Shown in pieces: positions 36,109 to 50,114 of a stretch of 64,000 nt of DNA; position 1 is the first letter of the stretch, and every line of letters begins with the position of its first letter. The notes below the pieces were generated by a model that did not search any database, was not told the origin of the DNA, and saw only the letters and a list, made by a program, of their open reading frames with translations. The stretch spans positions 1-64,000 of the forward strand of contig JAAILG010000003.1 in assembly GCA_012026655.1 (NCBI GenBank), written 5' to 3'. Made by a program: the position numbers and the translations under genes. This DNA is from Hydrolagus affinis. Lineage: Eukaryota.

Positions 36109-38109
36109 GTAAGAACATGTTATACACATTTTCTTTTAAATTCTTGTGTTCTGTACCAAAAGGTGGGAGGAGTAGCCAGTAATCTTAGCAAGAGCAGATA
36201 AGGGCTTAAGTACAGTACATTGTACACAGGAAATATTGATCCCAGAGAAAGAAAACAATATATTGATCAGTAAAATTATCAGTAGATTACTGAACCGTTT
36301 TTTTAAAAAAAAACATGCTAATAGTAACTTAATGAATTAAAAAAGTGTACTAAACATTTTACTGGCTCTGGATCCCTTGTTTGTTATATTAAGGTTCAAT
36401 CTGCAAAATATAATTACAATTAAATTCTATTTTATAATACGATAACATTCATTTTCTGCTGACTTAGTGTAATTAATGGCATTTACAATATTTTGACAGG
36501 GTTAACCATCCCTGGAAAAAATATATCCAGTATGAAAGTGAACAAAAATATGCATGCGTCACACTGGATATAGAAATGTAAATTTAATCTCCTAATACTA
36601 TCATAATAATAATCCTTGCATTGGATACAGCACCTTTTGCGTTGCGAAGATGACTTAAAAGTGCTTCACGGAAATTACTGTATAGTCTGTATAGTGATTG
36701 TGCATTGTGTAGGTTAATCATATTTGTATTTGACCAATTTGTACTATATACTATATAGCACAGATAACATACTGTTGCATACATCTTGCTGGGACGTCCT
36801 CCCAATGTGAAAGGCGCTATACAAATGTGATTTTGTCGTTATTGTTGTTTCAAATATTGATCTAAAATAATGTAAACCATAAATTTAGAATTTAACAATG
36901 ACCAGAATTTACTAAATTTGCTGAATTAACTATCAAATGTATATAAATGTATGCTACAGGATATGGGCCAAAGAGCCCTCTTATAAACTTCTATGGTTCT
37001 AATGGAGTGAGCAACATCTAATCTGATTTAAACTATTGGTGTCACTTATTGTCAATCAACTGGTGAATTGACTTCCATGGCACTTTTATGAAAATCTTTT
37101 AATAGTTTACCCACCATGCTCTTCGACCTGAAGAGATTAAAAAGCCATTAAATCACAACCATAATTGCAATATATTTGCACGTGATTTCCATTTACCCCT
37201 AATTGAAAACAGTTTTTTTTTAAATGACAAACTACTTTCTGTACAAGCTGAATGTGGCTGTTTTGATAAATTCAAAAGTTTATGGTAGCAACCAACATCC
37301 ATAATGCTGGTGATAACCAAAGTTGAACATAACTAATCATTCGATGAGAAGCAACTAGCCTCCATTGAGCTTTCCAAACCTCTCCGTAGTCTTGAGATCG
37401 GGGGAAAGAATTTGGGAGACAGTTCCTTGATTTCAACATAGTGAGGGATGAAGCGCAGGTAGCACTGCACATTTGAAACTCAGGAGAAACGAGTGCTAAA
37501 GGATTGAATTTAAATTATTAATCACTTCAAGGTAAGTGCAAAATGAAACTATTAATGTTGACATTCATGTATTGTATACTGGCATAAAGATCTGTCAGTT
37601 TAGCAAAGCAAATATTGGTCATCTTTTCTGAGTTTCTATGATCCACAAACCCAAATATCCATAAAAAATAGTTCCCAGGATAGCTATAGAAAAGATGGAA
37701 TTTACTAAGATGTCATTCCAATAACATTTCAAATATCTTGCCAGAAAAACACATACAGAAAATAATTTGGGGGAATTGAAACCTCAGTGGTACAGGGAGC
37801 GGCTAATTTTTCAGTGCTGTTCAGCAAAGCCTGATATTCACTCTTTGGGGACCATTTTAATCCTTTCATTATGATTAATTCAAAAAGATATTAATTCCCA
37901 AACCTGCATCATTTTATGAAACGTTTTACAGCATTCAGTGTCCTAAAGGCTTTCTTCTTGCTGATGCAGATTATTTGTACCCAAGAACAAAAATGATTAT
38001 TCTCAAACTTGGTGCCAATTTTTTTTTTTTACAATTACACTAAACTTTGGATAAATCATCACTCCAGAGGAAAAGGGCTCAGGGACGAGTTATCAGTTAT
38101 GGCAAGTTA

Positions 38110-38411
38110 TATAATAATAATCCTTGCATTTGATATTGTGCTTTTCACTTTTTCTAGACGTCTCACAGCACTTCACAAAATATACTGTAAATTGAATTGA
38201 CTGTATATTTGTGAGTGAAATGCGGCAGCTAATCGCGCACAGCATTGCCCCACAAACAGTCGTGGATTCAAATGACCATATATTATAGGTTTCTTTTGGA
38301 TGGATTATTATTAGGGGTATTAGGGCCCAAGGTTTCGCCCTGACCTGCCTGGATTCGAAACACAGGTCTCACGCTTGTAAGGTGAGTGCTCTTACCACTG
38401 AGCTACAGGAG
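38110..38411 (-). mobile_element. tRNA-derived SINE, full length, short subfamily
   Basis: ATAATAATAATCCTTGCATTTG ... CCTGCCTGGATTCGAAACACAGG ... ACCACTGAGCTACAGGA. Confidence 0.9.
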
Positions 38412-38722
38412 TTAGGCACCTGTCCTCTCTCTGGCCATAAAGATCTTCAATATTAGTAGGTGTATTTTGCACTTACCCTTGAAGAGTTAATCATTTCATC
38501 TCTTGTTTTTCTCCTCTGTACACCAGCACACATTGTGCCCGTACAGCTGTCATTATATCAGCGCAGCCCCAGCCTCCGTGACTATCAGTTTATTATAATA
38601 ATGTAATAATCCTTGGACCCTATCATATCGTTGAGACGTCTCAAATCACTTCAAATGATAAACTGTAAAGTACGGAGACTGTATATTCTGTGGGAGATGT
38701 GAGCAAGTGAGAAGCAGTAATT

Positions 38723-39394
38723 TGATATATGACGCATCCCGTTTTCAGCCTCCCCCAGTGACAGGCTTTCCCTGGAATGCTGAACGGAGTTACCCAACCT
38801 CAGGGATGCTAAGGTAACAGTTAAAGCTACAAATGATCGACACGTTGAGAGAGGTTATGCTTAAAACTGATGTTCCCAGGCACCTTGGCGCCACTCTCTC
38901 TCACTCGCTACGTACGCAGCATCTGAGCATGCAAATCCAACCTCTGCCGAGCACCCATACCAGTCACAGGGGAGGCCAATGCCCTCCAATAGACCACCAG
39001 AAGCCTCTGTGATGCACGCCAATTCTCCACTGAGTACCAATGACTGCGGCTGATGCTTAGGTGCATCGTAAAGGCCTCTGGTCTAGTAGAGGGCCACGCT
39101 GTGGCATGCCAACCTTGCACCAGCACAGGATAGGATGGAAGGCCTCTTTGATGCAAGGCTGCATCTTGTAGGATGAGTTGCTCAATCAATTTTACACTGT
39201 AAGTACTTACAAGAATTCCTAGATTGTGATGGATTACATGTTGATGAGCGGAAGCAAGCAAAGCGATGGATACCATTTATTAAAATTTTGCTTGGTGTTA
39301 AGTGACTGGGATATTGTTGGCATGATGATGACTAAGGTGTTAATGATGAGTAAAACCAGGGTCAAGTTATCCGGAGTTTACTGTCTGTAGAACA
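38723..39394 (+). mobile_element. GC-richer unique block, possible solo LTR
   Basis: Abrupt GC/CpG rise; starts TGATATATG, TATA-like GCTTAAAA (~38860) followed by CTCTCTCTCACTC, ATTAAA (~39279). No TSD found and the ends are uncertain. Confidence 0.3.
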
Positions 39395-41621
39395 GGATTC
39401 TTTTTGCAATAAATTGCAATATAGGGCAATACAAATGCCCTTTTCAAAACTCGAAAATGAAAAAATTTGAAGGATTCAAAATGTATTGTTGAAATTCATA
39501 TAATGTCATGCTCTGATGTGCAATTCAGTCAGAAAAATTGGGAAGGCTCAGATTGAATGTGTCCTGTGCTGAACAGATCTCGGCCAAATGGTGAATTGAA
39601 CCGCTACAATGAGCATCACCATATGAGGACTAGGAAAGGGAAACATTAAATATAAACAAAAAGTAGACATCTCACTTTTGATACACTTTCATAAGAAAAT
39701 AATTGTATAAATGTGTGCATTATTCAGATGAGGCCGCAACATGATTTGGGATGGGAAATCAATAAAGCAATAAAAGACCACTCATTATATACAACAGTCT
39801 TCACAGCGATATCAGCCTCAAGAATTCAATGATCAAGAGAAGACAAGGTCCCGGCCACTTCACAAATTACATGCACAATCTTGAGCTAACTCTGAGCAAT
39901 GGTTTCTATTGCGGATGTTGCAGAATTTAGCAAAATTGATCAATATAAAAACATCAAATGAAACAATCACATTCAGAAAACCCGTTTTTTTCTTAGCCAG
40001 ACTTCTAACACCTCTGGGATTATAATTACCCAGAATATTATGTTTTTGAAGGAAACGATAACCACTTGTTGCAAAACTCCCTCACCTGAAGTTAAAACCC
40101 TAAGTCTGTTACATTAATTATCCCACACAGTCATCATTATTTTCTACCAAAATGTTTCTCTCCCCTCCCTCCAATACAAATCATCTAATGGCTGTTCAAC
40201 ACAGGAATATAATAATGATTAACAGACACTTAGAAAACACAAACAAGCCAAACTAACAAGCCAGTGGGCAAGAGGGCTGGATTTGTGTTCAAAATTAAGT
40301 TCTTCATTACTTCTAATGGAATTAGAAATTCTCTCATAGAACGTAAAGAATGACCGTGGTACTGAATGCCGAGGTGAGCACAATCTTCTCAGACTACAGA
40401 TCTCTTACTTAAACCAACTGTAAGTTAGACACATTATTATATAAGTAGCTAATGCTTATGTGTAATGGTCCTTTGAACATGCAAGTGTTCTCTAGGCAGA
40501 AATCGGTTGTAGACATCGGTCAAAACGTGGCAACACTAGATTAGATCTGAATTTGGTATTGTGCAAACTTAAGAGTTTCCCAGTTACAATCTGATCTGGT
40601 CTTCTCAGTTCAATCTGATCATTAAGGTCATATACCTTCAAAATAGTAAGTGCAAAACATATATTGATTTTACTAGCCTCAAAATTTTACACTACTGTAT
40701 CTGGAATTTTACAATTGGGATGAAAACCATAAGAATAAAACTGCTAACAATAGACTGAATAATTCATCTTTCTATGATAAACCTTGGCAGTAGTCGATTT
40801 CTTTCAAGTCATAATTATACTAATCATGTGGAAGCCTTGAGAACTGATAGAGCCAGTTCTGACAATTAGTATAGAACAACCACAATCAACTAACTAGACA
40901 TACCCATATTCAAAAGCCCTGAAAATCAGAAAGAATGAATACAAAGCACAATGGAATCTCCCCATATACCTCTGCTTTTATGTATGCCAGACAAATGGGA
41001 AGTTCGAAACACCCATACAAAGAACTTAAACTGCCTGATCTCTTGTATCAAATGGAGGTCTGGCTGAAAAGGCTTAAAGTAGCTTGTGAAATTCAGAGTT
41101 TCTCTGTCCCCTTGGCCATCCACTTTTAGCGGCCAAGGGACGTCCTCCCGACATGAAAGGTGCTCTGCAATTTTGTTGTTGTTGTAGTGCTGTAATTGTA
41201 TCCTTGAAAATAAATTAAAAATATTAATCACTAAATAATTTGCCAGGTAACATTTATGTTATTAAAATAAGAAAAGAAAAGGCCACGTGACATTCAAAAA
41301 GATTTAAAAACAAATTAGTAATTCCATGTTAAAACCAAACAACTTTTAAAAAAAAAGTAATTAATTCATTCGTACAATTAATTCATTTGATATTTCGCCT
41401 TAACACAGAATTGTAATGTCACAAAGTGCTTCACTGGACTTAGGCAGTTAAATGTATGCCGTGACCATATTTGTTGGGATACAATTATAATTTTATGCAC
41501 ATTCATTTTTGTGGTAAATGAGCTGAGACACCGTATAAATCAGAAACACACTTTTAAATTGTGCTAACTACTGGTTAGTATTTCCCCCAAAACTAATAAA
41601 AATGCAATATTATCTTTACAG

Positions 41622-41693
41622 ACTTTCTTATCGAACCGGACAGGATACTGCAAACTGTGATACCTGTCGAAACAGTGCATGCATCATTTATAG
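41622..41693 (+). CDS. INSYN2A: INSYN2A coding exon 2 (72 bp)
   Basis: tatctttacag|A CTT TCT TAT...TAT AG|gtaagc; translates (G)LSYRTGQDTANCDTCRNSACIIY(S), the conserved FAM196 Cys motif; phase 2/2 matches both neighbours. Not in the ORF track. Confidence 0.96.
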
Positions 41694-42337
41694 GTAAGCC
41701 AAAGACAGCAACAATTAATTTAAATTATGATTGTGGAATGATTCAAATTTTCATTGAAACCCATATTTTGCTTTGATGATGCCACTACCATTTTTAAAAG
41801 TTATCCAAATTCTACCACAAATTCAAAAAACATTACCATGTCACCACACATTTTTTAATTAAAATATTAAAACAGTAAATGCATAGCACTTGTTTAACTT
41901 CTAAAAGTTTAGTAATTTGGCTGCAATCCTTTAATAGAATTGAAATGGGTGGTTTTGAGGGCCCTCTCTCACAGACAAAGTAGGGCGGTAAGACAATAAC
42001 GTAATGAGGAAGAAGTTATGAAATAAAACATTACTGACTTGACTGCTGAAGGTGTAACAAACAATTTGTGAAGTGTCATAAAGAGCAGAAAACCAACATA
42101 GGTGAAACAAACCCAACTATTGTGGTTGTACAACAACTTAAACATCAAGTATAAAATATTAGGGGTTGAGGAGAATGGAACAAGAACTAAGGTTCGAATA
42201 GATAAAATAAGACATGCACCTGGACACTTATTGTCTGCCCACAGGTGTTAAAATTGATCTTCAGCTGAGCAGATCAACATATTTGACACTAAAACAATGG
42301 CTCTTGCCACATCACAATTGAAGTTTAGCTGAAGAAA

Positions 42338-42447
42338 CAAAACCAGAAATCGCTGAGAACACTCAATTCAGCAGGTCAGGCAGCATCTATGGAGAAAGGA
42401 AAAGTGAGTCAATGTTTCGGGTCCATGACCCTTCGTCAGAACTGAAA
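42338..42447 (-). mobile_element. Penelope-like element terminal fragment with degenerate minimal hammerhead core
   Basis: AAAACCAGAAATCGCTGAGAACACTC...CAGCAGGTCAGGCAGCATCTATGGAG...GTTTCGGGTCCATGACCCTTCGTCAGAACTG resembles a common shark repeat; the minus strand reads CTGACGA-A-GGGTC-ATG-GACCC-GAAAC. Confidence 0.6.
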
Positions 42448-45400
42448 AGAGAGTTACCCTGGAGAACAATCTTCCCGGATAAAATCATTCATTTGTCTCA
42501 TGCCTGATTTTTCTGGGACTTACTGCATGTAAATTGGCTGACACATTCGCCCACAAATATGTAGCACTACACAGTACAGTAAATCCTATTAAGCACTACA
42601 ACAACAACAAAATTACATCTGTATACATCAAATGCAAGGATTATTATTGTATCATCCACAGAAAGGAAAAGTAATACAATATCGGTACTACGTTTGCTTG
42701 AGGAATTTCTTCTGCTTGAGGCCAATTGAGAAAAACTAAGTTGTCCCTGGCCTGCTTTGAATATGGGTTTTAAATGATGTGACAACAGGATATGATCCCT
42801 CCAATATCCCACATGCAATCCTTTAAATCAGATACTGGGTTATACTTGGTACTCCCCATGTCAACATTGTACGGACTTCAAACCCAGTGTTTGAGGAATC
42901 AGCAGTGTATATTCCTAACATTGCTGCTTCAACATGCCAAAATAATCTTGCTTAAGGCAAGTTTTTGAATAAAATTTAATGCAGAGGTAGGGAATCGTGC
43001 TTAAGATGTTGATTGAGAATTTGTCAGAACAGAAAACGTTAAAACTGGAAGAGGGGAAAAGGGATTAGGAAACACCGCAGAAAATAATAAATATCCAACT
43101 TACATTATTGCTGCATTGTTCAACTATTGCAGTGAAATAGAATGAAACCTATGAGGTAATGTATCAATTACTGTACTGGTTATTCAAGTATATCGCACAA
43201 TGTCAGGCCTGTTATAAGTGAAAAAGCACTGCATTGAAATTATTAAGCTAATTATTTTTTTCTGAAGACAATCTATTCTTTGAATACTAATGTGATACAG
43301 CATATTTCTAATAGTGCAATGACTAGTTAATGCTTAAAAGATCATTCAATATGCCCCAGGTATAAAATACTTCAAGGCCAATCCACTACACTAAGCTCTT
43401 GTTGAACGCCAACGAATGCTGGTATTTACAGAAAGCACAACATTCCTTGGCAGTGAGGTAGATTTCAACTGGATAAATCTGATTCGAATGAAGTATTGGA
43501 TGTAATTCAGATCTTTATAAAAACATATCGAACTACTACACATTTAAGTGCAATGTATAATCTAATATTAGCCTAATAGGATAGGTCAATTGCTGAATTT
43601 ATGACAGCATTTCTGCACAGCAAATCACATTCTGATACACTAACAACTCAAATTCAGATGCAACAGATCCTATTTAGAAGAGGATGCTGCACACAGCATA
43701 AACACTTTAAACACAGTATGAGCTACCTAGCATTTTTAAATGAACTGACAGCACAAGCTTGATAAATGAATCACAGTCAAACTCAGCAGTTTTACAATGC
43801 CAGAGAGTTGGATTTTTCCAACCCAACTGTGAATCACAGAATGAACTGCTGGGTCAACCGAGTAATAGCACTGCCAGGACCTGCAGAAACAAATCCAGTG
43901 TTTTATCTCTTCTAAGATAATTTGTTCTTACCCGCTTCAAAATATACCAAATGTAAAACAGAATTCTAATGGATTTTATTCCTCAAATATACTTCATATA
44001 TATATCTAACATGTATATATATATTCCTCAACTAATAGTTATAGGCAGAAAATAATGTGTGGTAATTATCAAACTGTAGATGATGGTGAATAATCTGCAT
44101 TAACTAAGACTTGGACCATTGCGGATAGTCAGAGTACAGCTAATTATTTATTGCCCAAAATACAAATCAGCTACAGTACTACTAAACTAAAAATTGTTCC
44201 ATCAGGAATCATACTATCACTATAATACAACACTTTAATTAATTTCCTTCTTTGCCAAGCTCAGTACATAGGAACACCGGGGAGGACATTCAGCCCATTG
44301 TTCCAATTCCATTATACGTACTGTATTGGCTTTTAAACTTCAGATTGTATCTGGGGGTCCACACTCTCCCAAAGATCGTATTCAGAAATGTTCTCTGCGT
44401 ATATACTCAGTTTAGCTTGATTTGTAAGATTAAGTCTTGTTATTCAGAAATGGTGAATTGGTTACGGTCAATTATGGCAATTATCAACCAAACGATTCAG
44501 CTATAAAATAATCCATTTGATATTTGATATAGTTTAAGAAATTAAACCAAAACAAATAATCCCTGTAATTGTTATAGTATGAAAATTCCCAAATCTCTTC
44601 ACAATATACTGTACATTGTCAAATTTAATGACTGTGTCTTGTAAGTGAATACAGCAGCCAGTTTGCACACAGCCAGCCAATATCCTCTAAACAGCTGGAA
44701 ATAAAATACATGACTAATTTTATCCAGGGGAATTTTGTGAACATCTTGGGAACAAACAGTGGCTGTAATTAATTAGCTGTGTTTAAAAACACATATATTT
44801 TAGAATATTTACAAAATAGCCATTCTAAATTAAAATAACTTTTAAGAGGTTTTTTTTACAGCAAATTCTACAGTCAGGTCACTACCAGCTGTAATTTCAT
44901 AATAAAATGTCGCCACTTGCAGAAGGAAAACATGATGTGGCACAGTTTTTTTTGGACTTGGCTTTTACTGCAGTAGCCTGTACTTAATCACTTTCCAACC
45001 ATTTGTCATCTGGGATTTATATTGGTGGACGTCTGTCAGTTCCAAGGATGCATAAGAATGTGTATTCATGCTGTTGCATTAAGCAGTGCCCAGAATATGC
45101 AAATTTTAATAGAGTTTTCAGTGTAAACAGGCACCAGAACTCGCATTGTTCAGAAGACGGAGGACCCTTTTAACCTTTCATTGTACTTTTCAACTTTATT
45201 TGCATAAAATAGCTCCGTTGTACAATTGAGGTCTCTTGTACAGTCAGCCACAGGATTCCTCCTTTTATACAATCCTTACAGAGCTGGCAAGGATTAATGT
45301 GACTATCCTCTGATCTTAGTCTGTGCTCCGGGCGAAATGTAATTGGCTTTTTATAAGGAGTACACAATTAGTAAATACAGGTGAAATACAAAACCTGCCC

Positions 45401-45744
45401 CCATGGGACAATACGTTTATGCAAATAGTAACTCATTATCTTAAACAGCTCACATTTAAAACATTAGCACCAGATAATTGCCAAACATTTCTCAATGCTA
45501 ATATTAAATTTGCCACCAATGTGTAAATGCTTTTAGACAATACTCAGGTGAAGAATTTGGATTTATGGAACAATGGGTTTGAGTAACAACAGGATTTGAT
45601 AAATAGTTAATACTTGTTTTACATTTCACATTTACATTATCCAACCTAGTTCACTTAAAATTTATTATACTTAAATATAATCTAAAAGTACTCAATATAA
45701 TTAACTTTTCAAAAGTTGAGTCACAGCAGTCAGTAATACTAATA

Positions 45745-46045
45745 AAGGGCTTCACAGAATATACTGTAAAGTGAATTGACTGCATTTTGGGGGCAGCCAA
45801 TTGTACACAGCAGTGTCCCACAAACAGTTGTGGATTTAGTGACCAATTTATTTTAATTATTTTCAAGGATTATTATCCCCAGAAAAGCGATCCGCCAATC
45901 GACGAACAACCAGACTCCTACTTACCATTGGGTAAACAGAAGCGTTTGTAGTAAAGAAACTTGCCCAACATTTTGCCCTGCCAGGAATAGAGCCCAGGTT
46001 TCTCATGTGCGAGGCGAATGCTCTAACCACTGAGCTACAGGAGTC
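45745..46045 (-). mobile_element. tRNA-derived SINE, long subfamily (tail truncated)
   Basis: Contains CCCAGAAAAGCGATCCGCCAATCGACGAACAACCAGACTCCTACTTACCATTGGGTAAACAGAAGCG and the head ...CTCTAACCACTGAGCTACAGGAG. Confidence 0.87.
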
Positions 46046-48950
46046 TACACTGTTTTAAAGTAACTATTATAAATTGATAGTTCTGTCAATCAATGAATAT
46101 TATTTAGATTAAGCCTAGCTTTCTCAGCCACTCAATTTAGTGGTTAGAAAGTTCTCCTTTTTATTTTGGTTTAAAACAGGATCCCATGCAGAAGGATGCA
46201 TTGAAAAATCTTTTGATTGTAAATCATTTATCTATAGGGGACTTTACTTTCATAAATCCTTTAGTTTTCTGTAAGTTATTGGCATAAAGCTCGTCAGAAA
46301 TAACTTAATTAAGGAAATAATTTTTTCAGGCAAATGCTCAATGAGGTTCAACAAAATAATCTATATTTCACCCCCAAAATATTATACAAACAAATAAATG
46401 TTATACCAAATCAAACACCAATTTAGAATTTAATATAAAGCTTGAACTCTTTTCAAAACAAATCTCGTATTAAATTTTTATTTTCATTAGTTTCACAAAT
46501 TCAACTAATCAGGCATCGATTTCCATTTAAGCCAAAATTTCTCAGTAGGTTTTTCATATTAGTTTTTGATCAAAATCAATTTCCAAGTTAAAACAAGAGA
46601 CTCTGGAAAATACACAACTCCAGATAGATATCTGTACAGACTAACTATATTCCCAGGCATGTGTGAGATTCATTATATTTTCTTTGAAGCATATAGGTAA
46701 TTAATGGAATGAAACAGAAACACCCCAGATTTATTATTGTATTCTCATTGCTATGAAAGACAATCTAATATTAAAGAAGAAAACTCAAAACCTCACGATT
46801 ATTTTCCACAAAATCAGCTCTACAGCAGGAGTACAAAAAAGATAAAAATTCTGACTCCTGCCCAAGGTAGCTTGGCCAAAAAATATTGGTCAGTGAACAA
46901 CGGTGAGGATGCACAGGGGAGAAGTAGTTAAATGCAACCATGGCACGTTAATAAGAATAATAAGTTATCTTAACATTGTTGTTAATAATAATGATGCTGG
47001 CACTGAGCACACAAGCACATTGTCACCTATATATCTACCGAAAATGTTGTCTTCTATTCTGTATTTATATTTAATTGAAGAAAATAATACATGTATTTAA
47101 CCTCCCCTTGGTCAGAAGTTGATTCCTTTGGTTGTCAGGAGGGTCATGCAGTGTGAGGGCATCTTTGTTACAGCATGGAAGCAAGATATCTTTAAAGAGA
47201 CAAATGTTCAGTGGCGTATGAAGGCTAGCAAAAGATTCTAGACGTGTGTGCTGTGATGAATACTTGGTGGCGGTAGTGGTGGGTGGGGGAAAGGGGAGAG
47301 GGGGGGGGGAAGTGGAAGGGATAGAGAGGAATAACAGCTAAACAATATTGAGATGTTTTGTGCAGTAACAACCAATATTTTCTAAAAAAATAACAATATG
47401 CAGTTGGTAAAATTGTCCATTAAGAGAGGAGCAAGACATTAGGATTCAACCATCAGTTAAATACTCAACTGTAATATTCTACCCAATGAGTATGATACTG
47501 TATATCCAATGAACAATGGATCTGTTGGCAGATTACTGAATATAGATTTCAAAAGGGGCAGAATCCTGCCTTTCTCAAGGCTCTCCCAACAGTTTTTTTG
47601 TAAGAAGCTATGTATATAGGTATTAGATGAAGGGTCAGCTGCCAAGGAAATTTAGGATAATGTGCCATTCTGTCAAGCAGAGTTGGAAGGAAATATTATA
47701 AAACACGTATAAACTGTAACTATTACAGTATGGAATTTTATTTCTTGAAAAAATATTTATTTGAATTTTTCTGACTTTAAAAGTACATGAGCAGCCACAA
47801 AATACCTAATGTGAAGATTATTCTCAATTATCAATCAAGGAACTTGTGTAACAGTCACATAATTTCAATCAAGTGACAGATCTCTCTCAAAAAAACGTAT
47901 TTTTAATGGTCACAAGAGAGGTTCAGATGAAGAAAGCTCTGTCGCCCATTTGATTTTGATTCTACAAGGAAACCAACTATAGGACCATTATAGGACGTAC
48001 CATTATAGGACATTCTCCTGACATGAAAAGCGCTGTCGAAAAGTAATTTTGTTGTTGTTGTTATAATAGGATGTTCCACTGCTGTGAGCAATTGGCTGCC
48101 GCATTTTGCCCACAAAATACAGTCGATCCACTCGCAGTAAATTCTGTTGAGACGTCTCACAACATGAAAGGCACTATTTCAAATACAAGGATTATTATTG
48201 CTGTACATTTTCCCATTACAGAATCCAGGTTTATTAAAAAAAAAGTTGCCTGTTCCAGCATTCGATTACTCTCTGTGAAAAGACATCCTTTTCAGTGTGG
48301 GTCCCGGCTTTGCCTTTCACAGTCTGTCACATCATGCTCTATTGCCTCACACATCTGAAAGTATTATTCTACATTTGCTTTCTCTATTCCTTTAAGCAGT
48401 CAATTCAGAGATTGCTTAAGTCGATAAATGAGCAGCGATGAGATGTGCATTTTTTTGCTGGGAGAGGCCCACTTCCAATAAAGTCTGCTCAGTAGCTGGT
48501 AATGCCAGGTACATTTTCCTAATAAATCTTTCAAAAAGTTTTCCATAATGTCACTCTAATGGCAAAATAAATGCGCTTTTGAAAATTGCTGTCAGGAAAG
48601 TAGATATCGTTTAATCTGTGGTAAACGTATTGAGAAAAGTTGGCTGAGGCCCACGAGTTATCACTGGTAACTATCTAGGGAGTTTAAGGTCCACATTCAT
48701 TTGTTAATCTGTCTCTCAATGTTGTACTTCTCCAATTTAGTTCCAAGACATTTTTATTATCTGTTTTATTGTAAAGCATAGTGTCCATGTTAATTGACTG
48801 CGGAGCAATGCCTCCATATGTTTTGTCTGATTTTACAAGTACAAAATGTGATTGATGAATTTTGCCCTATTTATTTTCATAATTATAATATTCTGATTGT
48901 TTTTAATTGTAAAGGGTTTTCTTGAGACAGGAAGAATGCTATTAGACAAC

Positions 48951-49046
48951 AAATACCACAATCTATCCACATCCCACTTTTCCAAATTTCTGTAAAAATA
49001 CCACAATCTATCCGCATCCCACTTTTCCAAATTTCTGTAAAAATAC
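48951..49046. repeat. 45 bp tandem duplication
   Basis: AAATACCACAATCTATCC(A/G)CATCCCACTTTTCCAAATTTCTGTAA x2 with one mismatch, plus a trailing AAATAC. Confidence 0.92.
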
Positions 49047-50114
49047 TATTGCGCACATATGTGCAAAACTGTTTGCTAGGGTAAAACATTTAATGTCAAA
49101 AATAACAGGAATTAGGATTTAAAGATCACTGGAACTAAACACAATTGCAGTGTTTGGAACTCAATGGGAGGAATCAACAGCAGAATTCAGTAAAGAAAAA
49201 ACAATCATTGTACATGAATTGTACAATTGCCTTTTGTAATCAAGATGTCAAACTCATCATTCGTCAAATACAATTTCTTACAGCGATAACAATTCCACAG
49301 CTCTTGTTTCACACTGGTATTTCAACTCTTATTTCATTCAATTTTCTATTTCTGTTTGCTGGGCATGTGTAAAAGTAATTTCTCTAGTGGCAATTTTTAC
49401 ATTACAATTATTGAGGCACAATGCTTCTGAATTTGTTTAAACATTTATAACAAACTGAAATGAAGTGTTGCTTTCCATTGCTGAGCTAAGGATGAAAATT
49501 AAATACAGATCCATAAGAGATGCAAGAGCACACTGAGAATAACTCGTCCAAGAGATGTTCTTTTGCATGATTAGGTCCTCACTATGGCACACAATATTTT
49601 GTAACATGTACATTTTAAAATTGAAAACCAACAAAGAATTTAATATCAAATAAATTGAATTTCTAAAATATTATTCCATTTTACAGAAGAGCTCTTTGTA
49701 GCTTTTTTTTTAAAAAAAATGAAGTACCGTTAAAAGATCTTTTCTTGAACAGCCATCATAAATTCTGGGACATTAAAGCAAATTTAAAAAGGCTACAAAG
49801 AAGTGATGATAAATTTATAAATCAAAGAAATTAAACCATTCCTATTAATTGGCTGGCTAATTTTTGTTTAATGCTCAAGAAACATTTGGTGTTTGTCATG
49901 TAACCAATTTTCAGTAATATTCCTTTGGGCTTCAAATCTCAGCTTTAGAATTATTAAGCAGAATTCTGATGCGTGGAACATTTTAAACGCAATAGAATAA
50001 AAGAAATTAGATAATCATATCACGGCTAACAAAAATATAACAATGAATGGTGAACTGCTGCTCATTTCAACAGACATTAATGTGGCTTCGAAGACATACA
50101 ATGTATGCATTTGA

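Noticed and set aside
38908-39276. 122 aa minus-strand ORF
   Set aside because: No recognisable domain; expected by chance in a GC-richer insert.
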